From a virus (taxonomy: Duplodnaviria > Caudoviricetes), in the IMG/VR virus record IMGVR_UViG_3300036790_000048, positions 64,001-128,000 of that record: a stretch of 64,000 bases of DNA; one strand, 5' to 3'. Under the pieces are notes generated by a model. The model was not told the origin of the DNA. It did no database searches and was given only the letters and a program-made list of their open reading frames with translations. Position numbers and translations under genes: made by a program. Positions 7,713 through 18,900 of the stretch are shown piece by piece (position 1 is the first letter of the stretch; every line of letters starts with the position of its first letter).

Positions 7713-8731
7713 TTGGTGTCGAACGTGGCCTTAGCGAACACGTCCTTGCCGAGGTGCTCGCCGCCCTCGCCCGACGCGCTCAGGTGCACCGTGTAGCCCT
7801 TGACGTTCCGCTCCAGGCCGCCGCCCTCCCACGTCACCGCGTCCCCGGCGATCGAGCTGCGCGGGTACTTGGACGTGCCGGTGCCAGCCAGGTTCGCCGC
7901 CGTGGTCGGCCCCGGCTTGTAGATCCACACGACGTAGTGATCCGGGATGGGGTGGCCGCCGAGGTTGCGCACCCAGTTCAGCCGGACGCTCGTCTCCCCG
8001 CCGGTCGCGGTCAGGTGCTGCGGAGCCGGGTAGCTCCAGGCAGCCGGGGCCGGTGGCTTGGGCGGCGTCGGCGGAGCAGGCGGCTTGACCGCGGCGAACA
8101 TGTACGCGTAGAACGCGTCACTATCGTACGCGCTGATGCTGTCGTACTGGGTGGCGTCCGCCTGCGGGTAGCCGCACGTGGCCGGGGAGCAGATGTGCTC
8201 GCCAATCCAGTGCGCGCTCCAGATGTAGTACGTGTCCCGCGCGAACCCGGCCCCGCTCAGCGCGTTGATGACCGCCTGCGTGTCCCCGGCCGAGCAGTAG
8301 TACGTCGGCCTGGTGATCTCGCCGGTGAAGTGGATGCGCTGGAAGGACGGAGCCGCCGATGGGCTCGCGTTACCGGGCTCGATGTCCAGCACCGCGCTCC
8401 CGCTGGTCACGGCCGGGGTGATCGACACCAGCCGCGCGCCGCTCTTGAGGAACCGCGCCACCAGCTCCTGCCAGTTGGCGAACCCGCCGAAGTTGTACCC
8501 CGCGTAGACAGCCAGCCCGGCCGTCAGCTCGGACACCTGCGTGGAGTCCTGCCCGAACAGCACCGCCGCCGACGTGCTCAGGTCCGTCGTAACGACCGAG
8601 TACGCAGCCGGCGCGAGCAGCCCGCCGCGCTTCAGCCGCCAGCTCCTGCTGAGCAGCGCCGGGTTGGGAGCCGCGAACGGCCTCCCAGAGTAGTCAAGCT
8701 CCGGGTGGACCGGAGGGCTAATCGTCGTCAT
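7709..8731 (-). CDS. Putative endolysin (GH25-like catalytic domain, Pro linker, FN3-like domain)
   Basis: VLDIEPGNA, RPTYYCS, IWSAHW and ADATQY, then a PPAPPTPPKPPAP linker, then PAPQHLTATGGETSVRLNW. Confidence 0.65.
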   Translation of the reverse strand: MTTISPPVHPELDYSGRPFAAPNPALLSRSWRLKRGGLLAPAAYSVVTTDLSTSAAVLFGQDSTQVSELTAGLAVYAGYNFGGFANWQELVARFLKSGARLVSITPAVTSGSAVLDIEPGNASPSAAPSFQRIHFTGEITRPTYYCSAGDTQAVINALSGAGFARDTYYIWSAHWIGEHICSPATCGYPQADATQYDSISAYDSDAFYAYMFAAVKPPAPPTPPKPPAPAAWSYPAPQHLTATGGETSVRLNWVRNLGGHPIPDHYVVWIYKPGPTTAANLAGTGTSKYPRSSIAGDAVTWEGGGLERNVKGYTVHLSASGEGGEHLGKDVFAKATFDTN

Positions 8732-8847
8732 GGCCGTACCTATCGGCAACCCCGTCCGGGCTGTCCGCGTCCCGCGCCGCCGGTGACCATCTGCCGCCTG
8801 ACCACGCCCACCGGCACCAGCAGTAGCCAGGGTGGCGCGGGTCGTGC

Positions 8848-9471
8848 CTAGACACCCAGCTCCCCCGCCACCTCCGCCGCCGCAGCGGCGATGTCATCGT
8901 CCTCGCGCACCTTGATGATCCCCCAGCCGAGAACGTCCCCGATCTGCGTGGTGCGCAGCCGCGCCCGCAACAGCCCCCACGCCTTGTGCACGTGAACCTC
9001 GGGGAACTGCGTCGCCGCCACGTCGTGCATCATGATCAGGCCGCCAGCCCGCACCATAGGCCCGTACGCGCCGAGGTCAGCCAGCACCCCCTCCAGGTGG
9101 TGATCGCCGTCGATGACCAGGATGTCCAGCTTCTCGAGGCCGATGCTGTCCCGCAGCCAGTCGATCTGCCGCTGGTCGTGGCTGTCCCCGTAGCGCACGA
9201 ACGCCCCGTGCTCCTCGCACCGCGCGCCGCCCGAGTCGGCGTTGGCCTCCAGGGTGATCCCGTACACCTCCGGGCACACCCGCGTCCACGCGAACAGCGT
9301 GCCTCCGCGGTCGCACCCGATCTCTGCCATCACCCGCGGCCGCTCGGCCATGACCAGCGCCAGAGCCTCGCGCATCTCGCCGTAGTTCTGCGACGCGCCC
9401 AGCTTCATCGCCTGCGCCGAGATCGCCGCCGCAGCGCCGACGTTCCGTATCGTGCGCGAGATCGACGTCAT
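8848..9471 (-). CDS. Class I SAM-dependent methyltransferase (Methyltransf_24-like)
   Basis: EIGCDRGGT, GDSHD, DILVIDGDH, and GGLIMMHD. ATGA overlap at 9468-9471. Confidence 0.8.
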   Translation of the reverse strand: MTSISRTIRNVGAAAAISAQAMKLGASQNYGEMREALALVMAERPRVMAEIGCDRGGTLFAWTRVCPEVYGITLEANADSGGARCEEHGAFVRYGDSHDQRQIDWLRDSIGLEKLDILVIDGDHHLEGVLADLGAYGPMVRAGGLIMMHDVAATQFPEVHVHKAWGLLRARLRTTQIGDVLGWGIIKVREDDDIAAAAAEVAGELGV

Positions 9472-10193
9472 CCGATCACCATCGCCAGCGACATGACCGT
9501 GAACACGACCGCCAGCACAGCGACCGCGAGCATGGCCGCCGACTTGTCCGACCTCCTGCGCCGCGGCCACCCGAAGTCGCTCGCCAGCGGCGGCGTCTCC
9601 ATGGTCACCGCGGCCAGCATCGCGTCCCGCTTGTCGTCAGTGGGGTCCACGACGTACGCGTCCCGCGCCTTGCGCCAGCGCCAGTACTCCTCGGCCCCGC
9701 CGTCCACGCCGCCAGCCGGGCCGATGTACCACGGCGACTCATAACCAGCCTCGCCCAGCCGCCTGATCATGCCCATCTCGATCAGGCGCAGCTCCGACTC
9801 CCGCTTCTCAGCGTAGACCGCATCCCCGTTCTCGTCCGCGCCGACGATCTCGCTGTCCGGCCTGCCCTCGTGATGCTGCACCGTGCTGGCCGGCGGCCGC
9901 TCAGGCTCGCTGATGACATACGTGCCGACCTCGACGTCCTCGTGCTGGTGCACCACGTTGCCGAGGTAGAACCCCTGCGCCGCGATATCCGACGCCATGG
10001 TCCCGAACGCCGCCCACACGCCCGGCGTCTCGCCGGTCAGAAGGCGGTTCTCCGACGCCAGCCGGAACGGGTTGTCCTCGCGGTCCCACCGCCGGTGATC
10101 CTGGTAGTCCCAGGCCCGCATCCGGTCCCGCTCACTCGCCAGAGCCATCCGCAGCATCTCGATCTCGCGCTGCCTGTCCCAGCTGAAGCTCAT
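9468..10193 (-). CDS. Hypothetical protein with a C-terminal TM helix
   Basis: AGGAGAGG SD and a hydrophobic C-terminus. Confidence 0.65.
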   Translation of the reverse strand: MSFSWDRQREIEMLRMALASERDRMRAWDYQDHRRWDREDNPFRLASENRLLTGETPGVWAAFGTMASDIAAQGFYLGNVVHQHEDVEVGTYVISEPERPPASTVQHHEGRPDSEIVGADENGDAVYAEKRESELRLIEMGMIRRLGEAGYESPWYIGPAGGVDGGAEEYWRWRKARDAYVVDPTDDKRDAMLAAVTMETPPLASDFGWPRRRRSDKSAAMLAVAVLAVVFTVMSLAMVIG

Positions 10194-10294
10194 TGCCCTC
10201 TCCTGAAAGTAAGGTGCCCCGGCCGCGATACGGGGGGTACGCGACCGGGGCCGCCGCTGAGGTTACGGGGGCCACCCCTGCGGCGTTCTCCTAT

Positions 10295-10867
10295 TTATAC
10301 CCTGCCGCCGTTGGCCAGCAGCACCCGCAGCCGCGTGATCAGCCGCATGACCTCCAGCTCCCGCGCCGTGGCCCACCCGTGCGCGATGCGCTCGTTCATG
10401 CTATCGAGGTCGCGCTCCAGCGACGCCTTGACCAGCCGCCCCAGCAGGTCCTCCCACGACGGGATGCTATGGTGCTGCCTGATCTCGGCCCCGCCGCGCT
10501 TCTCGATCTCCTCGCGGTAGAACTGCGCGTACATCCCAGGGTGAATCCGCCGCAGCCGCGCCAGCGCCTCAGCCCTCGCCAGCCCGCGGACCCGGACCGC
10601 CTGCAGAGCCTCCGGCCGCCGGGTGTACTCGCGCCGCCACGCGGTGGCGGCCTCAGCGCACCCGCAGTCGCCCTCGATGGGGAACATCCACTTCCCCGCC
10701 CGCTCGCGCAGATGGCGGCTGTAGCCCTGGTAGGTGCCGTGCGTGACCCGCGCCCCGCGCGGCCTGAACACCCGGCTGCACTTGCGGCACTTGACCTTGC
10801 CCGGTCCAGCCGGACGCCGTTCCTTGAGCGGGTGCGGGCACCGGCCCTCCCCCTGCTTGGCCGTCAC
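10295..10867 (-). CDS. Basic Cys/His-containing protein, possibly DNA-binding
   Basis: CRKC, HGTYQGY...CGC, and ARAEALARLRRIHP. Confidence 0.6.
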   Translation of the reverse strand: MTAKQGEGRCPHPLKERRPAGPGKVKCRKCSRVFRPRGARVTHGTYQGYSRHLRERAGKWMFPIEGDCGCAEAATAWRREYTRRPEALQAVRVRGLARAEALARLRRIHPGMYAQFYREEIEKRGGAEIRQHHSIPSWEDLLGRLVKASLERDLDSMNERIAHGWATARELEVMRLITRLRVLLANGGRV

Positions 10868-11664
10868 GGCTCGATCCCCCCGCGCATCGGCAGCTCAGGC
10901 TGTTCCCAGTCGCTCCGGAACTCGCGCCCGTCGTCAGTGGTGTGCGTGAACGGCGGGCCGCCGACGACTCCTCCAGGCGCGAACGACACGCCAGGGACGT
11001 CCGGGTGAACCGCGGCCCACTTGCGGTCGGTCTCGGCCTTGTCCGCAGCCAGGTTGCGGATCGCCTCAGCGTCGGCCGCCACGTCCATATGACCCGTCAT
11101 GGTGCCGTGCACCTCGAACTCCGGAGCACCTGACACCAGGTGCGCGTAAGCCGGGGAGTCAGTCTCGCACCCCGGCCCGTAGCGCTCCTCGATGTCCGCC
11201 GTCATGGCAGCCCTGCGCTCAGCGCCGTCGTCCTGCTCTATCTTCACCAGCCGGTAGTCCCCCGCCTGCAGGCCCGACGCCGCCATCGTCATCAGCGACT
11301 GCAGCTGCGCCGTAAGCTCCGCTTTCGGGACGATGACGTAGCCCTGGTCGCGCAGCAGCCCCAGCAGCGTGCCGAGCTGCTCGGTGGCCGTGTTCACCGC
11401 CTTGCCGGTCTCCTCGGTGGCGTGGCAGACGTCCAGGTTGGCGTCCCGCACGCGCTGCGCCGACTCGACCAGCGCCTCGACCTGCTGCGTCACGTGGTCA
11501 GGCAGCGCCAGGTTGATCTCGGTCGCGGCCATCGGCGGAGTAAGCCCCGGCAGCGGCCCTCCCGCGTCCAGCCCCCGTCTCACCAGCTCGGCCAGGCTGA
11601 CCCCGGTCGCTTTCCACCGCTCCACGATGTCATCGTTCAGGTAGACGCTGGTCTTGAGTGGCAT
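10864..11664 (-). CDS. Ribbon-helix-helix (CopG-like) DNA-binding protein with coiled coil
   Basis: N-terminus KTSVYLNDDIVERWKATGVSLAELVRRGL. GGGGGAG SD. Confidence 0.65.
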   Translation of the reverse strand: MPLKTSVYLNDDIVERWKATGVSLAELVRRGLDAGGPLPGLTPPMAATEINLALPDHVTQQVEALVESAQRVRDANLDVCHATEETGKAVNTATEQLGTLLGLLRDQGYVIVPKAELTAQLQSLMTMAASGLQAGDYRLVKIEQDDGAERRAAMTADIEERYGPGCETDSPAYAHLVSGAPEFEVHGTMTGHMDVAADAEAIRNLAADKAETDRKWAAVHPDVPGVSFAPGGVVGGPPFTHTTDDGREFRSDWEQPELPMRGGIEP

Positions 11665-11711
11665 AAGCTCCCCCTACGGTATGTCAGTACGTGTACCGCA
11701 TACTTATACCG

Positions 11712-13030
11712 CTAGAAGCCGTCTTCAGGCACCAGGTCGGCCAGCGGCATCCCGAAGTAGTTGCACAGCATCGTGTCGAGGGCGTTGGCGTACTCGGTGG
11801 TCTCGGCGCACTCGTCACTCGCGTACGCACTACGAGCGGCCACGTACAGCCGCCTCAGCTCGGCCTTGGTCACCGCGCCACGCGGACGCTCTGGTGGCCC
11901 ATGGCCGTCACCGTGACGATGCGCAGGCAGTCCGGGCACCACACCCGCTCGCCCAGCACCGGGTGCCCGCTCGCGCCGAACACGCGCACGTGGCTGCAGT
12001 CGAACCGCACCGGGTACCTTGTCCTCTTTGCCGTCATCTAAGCCTCGTGTCCACTCTGTTCCCGGCGAAGTCGCCCGTCTCCGCCAGCGTCATCATGACC
12101 TGGTTCTCCAGCCAGTGAATCAAGTCCTCGCCCGACTTCTGGTCCCTGATCTGCGGGTACGTCTGCGGTGCCCATCCTGCCAGAGCGCGGTCAGTCGGCT
12201 CCAGCCACACCAGCGCCATGCACGCGAACGACCCTGGGCTCAGCTTGCGCTCGGTCGCATTCCAGTGCGTCACGGCTCGTCCTCGCCGCTCACGTGGATG
12301 ATGCCGTCATTGGCGAACGGGTCGCACACGTGCTCGCTGTCCAGGTGCTGGGCGCTCGCCACGATGTCCCCCGCGCGAATCCCGCCGATGAACAGCTGCT
12401 TAACCAATATGTGCAGCGGCACCGACCCGTCGCCGCTCTTGACCGCGGTCACCTGCTCGCCGCAGTCCGGGCACTTGAACGTCAGCACCAGCGCGCCCTT
12501 GGCGTTGACGCCCGCGTAGACCTCCCAGTCGGCCGCAGTGCTCACGACGCGGGTCCAGCGTGATCGTCGCACACGCCCTGCACGCACCGGTGGCGCGGGT
12601 CCGTCACGGGCAGGCTGGCCGCCTCCAGCGGCAGCAGAGGCACGACCTCGCCGCGCTCGATCATGCACATCCTGCACGGGCACACCGGGTCGCGCTTGGG
12701 CTGCGCCGCCCACCCGAGGTAATCCCATATCGGGTACAGGCCCCTAGCCCAGACCCTCCGCAGCAGGCTCCTCATCGTCGTCACCCCCGAACACGTCGAA
12801 GTCCGCCGCCGCGTAGCACCAGTCAACCAGCTGCGCGCTGGTCATCCTCGGCGCTCGCAGCCACGCCAGCAGCCTCTTGATCATCGCCAGTCCTCCTGCA
12901 GGTGCACCACGGGAACCCGTCCGCGCCCCACTTGGAATTATCGGGGTGCCGCGCCACCAGGCACCACGTCTCATGCCAAGCGCCCGCGCCCGGGTAAGCC
13001 TCCACCCAGACGCGAGCGCCGCCGTCCGTC
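11712..13030 (-). other. Cluster of small coupled hypothetical ORFs (for example 12034..12273 and a CxxC ORF ending at 12270)
   Basis: Short ORFs with overlapping start/stop codons. Individual starts are uncertain. Confidence 0.45.
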
Positions 13031-13033
13031 ACC

Positions 13034-13417
13034 TTAGCGGTCCCCGCCGCTGAACCCGTGGTCCCCGCCGTCACCCCCGTCATCGCCGCCGAACACGCTG
13101 TGGCTGACCGCGTGGTCGGCTGCAGGCACGTCGTCGTCGGCCGGCTCGTGCGAGGTGTCGCTCCAGTACGTCGCAGGCAGGTAGCGCTGCTCAGGCTGCC
13201 CCGTCGTCATCTGCCGCCACAGCAGGTAGCTGACGTAGAAGTTGTTGCCGTTGCTGTCCTGCATGCAGTACGCCGGGACCTTTTTACCGTTGACGACCTG
13301 CGTGCACTTGTACGTCTTGGACACCGTGCCCAGCGAGCCAGCGCACCCGCTCAGCCCCGCCGCCAGGCCAGCCGCCGTCAGTGCCGCGGCGGCCAGCCCG
13401 ATCACCTTCCTGATCAT
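13034..13417 (-). CDS. Putative lipoprotein
   Basis: Signal peptide with an LSGC lipobox and a Gly/Asp-rich tail. Confidence 0.7.
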   Translation of the reverse strand: MIRKVIGLAAAALTAAGLAAGLSGCAGSLGTVSKTYKCTQVVNGKKVPAYCMQDSNGNNFYVSYLLWRQMTTGQPEQRYLPATYWSDTSHEPADDDVPAADHAVSHSVFGGDDGGDGGDHGFSGGDR

Positions 13418-13430
13418 GCACTCCCCCGAT

Positions 13431-13745
13431 CTACTCGTCCCAGTGGCGCTGGGCCGCGTCCTCGCGGTTGACCTGCCGCCGCATCTCGCGGATGCGCTTC
13501 TCCCTGCTCGGCCGGTTGTAGCCGCCGTTGCGCACCAGCGCGCGCCTCGTGCCGCCGTAGCTGTAGAGCAGCCAGGTCGCGACCCCGCCCACCAGCGAGA
13601 TCATGCCGACGAAGGTCACCAGCGCCCAGACGGCCTTGGACTTCCCCGCCGTCCGGTACGCGCCCGAAGGCTGCGCCAGGCAGTCAACAAACCCGCAGAA
13701 CCCCAGGAACGTGCTGATGACCATCCACACGATAAGCCCCGCCAT
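13431..13745 (-). CDS. 2-TM membrane protein (DUF2516-like)
   Basis: FVDCLAQPSGAYRTAGKSKAVW between two TM helices. Confidence 0.6.
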   Translation of the reverse strand: MAGLIVWMVISTFLGFCGFVDCLAQPSGAYRTAGKSKAVWALVTFVGMISLVGGVATWLLYSYGGTRRALVRNGGYNRPSREKRIREMRRQVNREDAAQRHWDE

Positions 13746-13752
13746 GGCTTCC

Positions 13753-13986
13753 CTACTTCCAGAAGTTCGGGCCGACGTCCTTGACCTGAGGCGGGACGTA
13801 AGGCTTCTCGGGAAGCCCCATCGGCTGGTCGGCGTACGGGTTGTAGTGCGACGCTCCCATGCCGCCGCTGCCGTTGGCCGGTACCACCCTCGCCGGTGAC
13901 GCGCTCGCCACGGTGACGCCCCCGAACACTGACGCAGCCACCACCGCTGCCGCCACGACTGCCTTTGCCGCTACCACCATGTGCAT
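13753..13986 (-). CDS. Small secreted protein
   Basis: Hydrophobic signal ending ASA, followed by a ~48-aa Pro/Gly-rich peptide. GGGGGAG SD. Confidence 0.55.
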   Translation of the reverse strand: MHMVVAAKAVVAAAVVAASVFGGVTVASASPARVVPANGSGGMGASHYNPYADQPMGLPEKPYVPPQVKDVGPNFWK

Positions 13987-14233
13987 GCTCCCCCTAGATT
14001 CCGTCCGTGTCCCTCAGCTGCGAGCGCAGCTTTGCGAACCACGCTTTGATACCGGCCCAGACACGCTTAACGATCGTCATGCCTCTCCCACCATGGATGC
14101 TCCCGGTGCGGGTGGTTCTCCGCCCGCACCCTCACCTCGTACCGGGCGGTGACCGGAAACCAGCGCCACCGCCCGTGCCACAGCCGGACCCGGTGCGAGG
14201 TGACCTCGAACACGGCCCGCGCAGTCGCGACGC

Positions 14234-14584
14234 TCACGCCACTGCGGTGACTACGGCCTCCCACACCGAGCTGCCGTCGTCCGCGGTGGGGCCGACCTGC
14301 GTGTTGGACGTCACCGTCCACGTCCTGCCCCCGGAGTCGGTCACGGTCACCGTTGGCGTGCTCGGGACCGGTCCTCCCGCCGACGTGATGGTGATGGTCT
14401 GCGCGTCGGCCGTGGCAGTGGCCGCCGCGGCGTTGGCGACGGTGACGTTCACCGTGTCCTGCGCGGGCTGATCCGGGCCGGGCGTGAAGTCGGTCTCGGT
14501 GTAGTCAACGGTCATCTGGATCGTGTCCCCGGCGTTGTAAGCGCCGCCCTGGTTGAACACTACTGACGTGATTGCGATGGACAT
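14234..14584 (-). CDS. T/V-rich beta-sandwich protein, probably a virion component
   Basis: MSIAITSVVFNQGGAYNAGDTIQMTVDY. AGGAGAGG SD, with the late motif at 14614. Confidence 0.6.
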   Translation of the reverse strand: MSIAITSVVFNQGGAYNAGDTIQMTVDYTETDFTPGPDQPAQDTVNVTVANAAAATATADAQTITITSAGGPVPSTPTVTVTDSGGRTWTVTSNTQVGPTADDGSSVWEAVVTAVA

Positions 14585-14822
14585 TTGACGCCTCTCCTGT
14601 TTGGGTACTGCTGATATCGGGATAAGACCCACTCGGGCAGGCGCACCTCGGCCAGCATCGACGCCAGCTCGCGCCTGCTCAGGACCGCGATAGCCTCTTC
14701 GTACGTGCACGTCACCTCGTGGTGCGGCAGGCCGGGGTGCCACTTGGACGCCCTCCCGCGCCACCTGCGCGCCGGGTCGTGGTAGCCCCACCAGATGCGC
14801 AGCCGGGCGGGCAGCCCCCGCC

Positions 14823-15660
14823 TCACCGCGCGCTGCTCTTTTCGCACAGCTCCCGGTACTCGGCGTCCATCTTCTCGCGCCGCGTCTTCTGCTCCCACCA
14901 GAACAGGGCCGCCAGCAGCCCGGCCGCAGCCACCCCGCCGATGAACACGCCCAGCGCCACCGCGCTCAGCGTCCCGCCTACTCCGCCCATCTCAGAACCC
15001 TCCCCTGAACTGCTGCCTGGCCGCGATGACGGCCTCATCTACCTCCGACCGCGCCGGAGGCTCGCACCCGCACTGCCCGCCGCGGTGGACCGGGTTCCGC
15101 AGCAGCGCGTTCATCCGGCTGGTCAGGTCGCGCGCCTCCTCGATCGTCAGCCGCATGCGCATCGGACCCGCGCCCAGGCAGACGACCGTGCCCGGCACCA
15201 GCCACCCGAGGTGGACCTCGCCCTCGCCGCTGTCAGTCTCCAGCGTCTCGTCTGACACCATCGCGCCGCCCCTTTCCCGTCATCCGGTCGTACTCGGCCT
15301 GGTCGTGCTCGTGGTCCTGCGTGACGTCGCACAGCGAGCACAAGCCGTAGATGGCGCGGATCAGCCGCAGCGCCGCGTCCAGCGGGTCGGCAGGCGGGAT
15401 GCAGCCCCTGTTGTGCTCCCCCTCGCCATGCGAAGAGTCGGTGCAGTACACCCGCCCGTAAGCCTCCCGCATAACGCCCTCCTGACGACCAGCATCGCGC
15501 CCTCGCGGCCCTCAGCCATCAGCAGCGCCGTGCAGGTGTAGCTCAGGTGCCGGGCGCACGACAGCTGCCGGTCGGTCCTGCGCGTGCCGACCGACACGAC
15601 CCACCGCGGCATCGTCATGCAGCTGCCCTGCCAGTCGCAGTGCTCCCACTTCTCCGCCAT
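14823..15660 (-). other. Cluster of small hypothetical ORFs (14992..15261, 15233..15472, 15361..15660 and a 1-TM ORF ending at 14823)
   Basis: Short overlapping ORFs, several with Cys/His motifs. Confidence 0.45.
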
Positions 15661-15673
15661 GGCGCTTTGCTAC

Positions 15674-15967
15674 CTACTGCCCGCCCCACAGCGGCGCGAG
15701 CTGGTTGTTGAAGTTGAACTCGCTCGCCTGCGTCGCGGTGCCGAAGTAGACCCCGGCCACCGTGTTCAGGTACGCGAGGTCGGCCAGCGCGGTGGTGGCG
15801 TCCTCGCTGCTGTAGCCCAGGGCCTCCAGCGTGGCCTGCCCGGTGCCCTGCCCGTTGACGAACGTGTTCAGGTTGGCGATGCTCTGCATGACCTGCCTCA
15901 TGCCGAGCGCGAAGTTGGTCAGCGACTGGCTCACCGAGTCAGCCGACCCCTGGTTCCCTACCGACAT
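15674..15967 (-). CDS. Small protein following the tail fibre
   Basis: TAATG coupling to the fibre gene. Reads MSVGNQGSADSVSQSL. Confidence 0.65.
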   Translation of the reverse strand: MSVGNQGSADSVSQSLTNFALGMRQVMQSIANLNTFVNGQGTGQATLEALGYSSEDATTALADLAYLNTVAGVYFGTATQASEFNFNNQLAPLWGGQ

Positions 15968-18900
15968 TACGGACCCTTCCGTGTGAACGTGCTTCCCTCG
16001 CCGGTCACGAACTGGCTGGCGGCCGACGCGCCGAAGATCGACACCAGCGATATCGTGTTGGACACGGTGGTGTTGAACGTGACGCCCGTGTTCTGAGCGC
16101 TCAGGTTCATGAAGTTGGTGTTGGTGCCGGTCGAGCGCGTGCTGTTGAGGCCCAGGTGCGCCTCCCAGAAGAAGTTGGCCGTGCCGCCGGTGCCAGTGGT
16201 GATGATCTGCACGAACAACCGCGCCCAGCCCGTCAGGCCAGCGCCAGCCGACCACGACGCCGAGCCGGTGATGTCGCCGCCGCTGTCACCCGAGGTATTG
16301 GAGCCGTTCAGCTGAGGCCGCAGCTGGATCGTCTCGGACTCGTACTGCGCGTTGAACGGGACCAAGATCTCGTAGACCGTGCCGACGCTGGCGTCATTCG
16401 CGTCGATCGTCCACGCCTTGGTCAGCAGCTGCGTGCCAGCGTTGCTGTTGCTGTGCGTGGCCGCGTCGGTCTGCGAGAAGTCCAGCGTGCCCGTCTGCCC
16501 GCTGTCGCTGGTGACCGACGCCGTGCCCGCACTCGACGCCCACAGCGCCGCGTTGCCGCTCGCAGGCGTGCTCGGAGCCGACCCGCCGATGAGGGTGTAG
16601 GCGGTGCTCATCATGCCCGCGGCGATGGCGTTGCTGTACTGGTCGGTGAACGCCTCAGGGCTGACCGCGGCCACCAGCGTGGACCCGCTGGTGTAGGTGA
16701 TCACGACCTCGCCGTCAGCGCCAGCGCCCGCCTGGGTCGGAGCCGACCCGGTGGTGCCGATGACCTCCAGCTGCAGAGCCTCGCTGCCCGATCCCGTGCC
16801 GTTGAAGTAGCCGTAGTAGCTCAGGTCCCAGCTGCTCGGGCCAGGCCCGATCGTGAACCCGATCAGCGTGCCGTTCGGGAACTGGACCGGCGCGACCGTG
16901 TTGCTGTAGAGCGGCACCGTGATGCGCTCGCCCTCGTCCACGTTGAACTGCGTCAGCGCAGTCGCCCCGGTGCCGTCCCACGTGCTCGGCAGGCTGCTGC
17001 CCTTGGAAGCAGGCCAGCCGCGCAGCTGCACGGTCATGCCGCTGCCGTACCAGCTGTGCTGGTTGGACATGATGCAGTTGATCTGCGAGACGGTGACGCC
17101 CACGCACGCAGCCTGGATGGCGCTGCTGTTGAACAGCCAGGCAGCCTTCTGCGTGCCGTTGGCGCTGCCCCCCGTCGCCAGCTCGCCGCCCTGCCAGATG
17201 GTGCTGTTGCTCGCCCTCGTGCCGTTGGCGTCACCGTTGGAAGCGTCGGACCCGTAGTAGCTCTTGCTGCTGGTCGCGTCGAACGTCTGCGAGAACGCGA
17301 CCACACCAGACGCCGCCCCAGCGCCACCCCCAGCCGCACCAGGCGAGTTGCCGTTGCTGCCGTTCGCAGCCCCGTTGCCGCCATGGCCTCCAGCCGCGCC
17401 GCCTCCAGTGCCAGCCACGCCGCCAGCCGATCCGGTCGAGCCGCTGGGCACAGTCGCCTGCCCGCCGCCGTTCACCGTGCCAGCCGAGCCGCCGCCTCCA
17501 GCGCCGCCCGTGCCAGACCCCGAGTTCTGCCCAGCCCCGCCGTTCTTGTGGATAGGGTCGCTCGATCCCGTTCCGCCAGCGCCTCCCGTGCCGCCGTAGC
17601 CAGCCTGGCCGCCGTGCGCGTACGGGCCGCCGTTGAAGTAGGAGTCGCCGCCGTTGCCGCCCGCGTTCCCGGTCGAGCCGCCTCCGCCGCCGTTGCCGAC
17701 CACGTACCCGTACGTCGCCAGCGGCACGACCGGCAGGTTCGGGTTGCTGGCGCACTCGCCGCCCCCGCCAGACTCGCCGCCGTTGCTGGTGGTGCCGCCG
17801 CCTCCGCCAGCCCCAGCGCCAGTGCAGGTGACGCTGCAGGTGGTCACCCCAGCAGGCGGCGTGAACGTGTAGTTGCCGTTGCTGCTCTCGGTGATCGTGG
17901 TGGTGGTGCTCGTGTAAGCCAGCAGCCACCCGTCCGTGGAGTCGAACGTTATCTCGGTCTCGATCATGGAGCCGCCGCTGATCGGAGCCTGCGTGATCGC
18001 CGTGCCCGTCAGCGTGCTCGTGCTGTCCATGGACGAGTTGGTGATGTTGGTCGAGTCGAGGTCAACGCCGGTGATCGCGCCGCTCAGCACCTGCAGGCCA
18101 GCCGGATACGGGTTGCTGAAGCCGTCCGTGCCAGCCTGCCCGCTCCAGCTGCCCACCAGGTTGCCGGTCTGCGGCGTGCCCGAGTAGATCAGCAGCTGCC
18201 CGGCAGCGCCGTCCGCGACCACGCTCGCGCCAGTGATCGTCGTCGCGTCCACGATCCCGGCCACGACGATGCCGCTCACCAGGTTGGCGGCCAGGATCGT
18301 GTTGGCGGCGATCTGCGTCGCAGTGATGGTGCCGCTCTGGATGTTGCCCGCCTGGATGGTGCCCGAAGCTATGAGGGAGCCAGTGATCGTGCCAGCCAGG
18401 ATCTGCCCGGCCGTGATCGTGTTCGATGCGATCTGCGTGGCGGTGATCGCCCCTGCAGCTATGGCGGAGGTACCGTACTGGTAAGCCGTCCAGACGCCAG
18501 CGCTCCAGGTGCTCAGCTGGTAGCCGCTCGCGCTGTTGAACCACATGTTGCCGTTGGTGTTGCCGTGCAGCGTGTCGCCGGTGCTGATCGAGGACGATGC
18601 AGTCGGAGTGAAGCCGACGATGACGTTGCTGCCGCTCGGCGTGATGCTCGTGACCGTGAACGGGCCGCCGCGAGCGTTGGTGACGTCGGTGAACGTGTCG
18701 CCCAGCGCCAGCGGGGTGGCGCTCGTCAGGACAGACCCAGCCGTGGTGAACGTGCTCGTCGTGCCCGCGCTCGGCGTCAGGCTCCAGTCGTAAGGCGCGG
18801 AGGAGGCAACGAACACTCCAGTGCCGCCGATGGACTGCGCCACGAACCCAGCATTGCTAGCAGCCACCCCGCCCGCGGCAATAGCCGCGCTGCTGAACTG

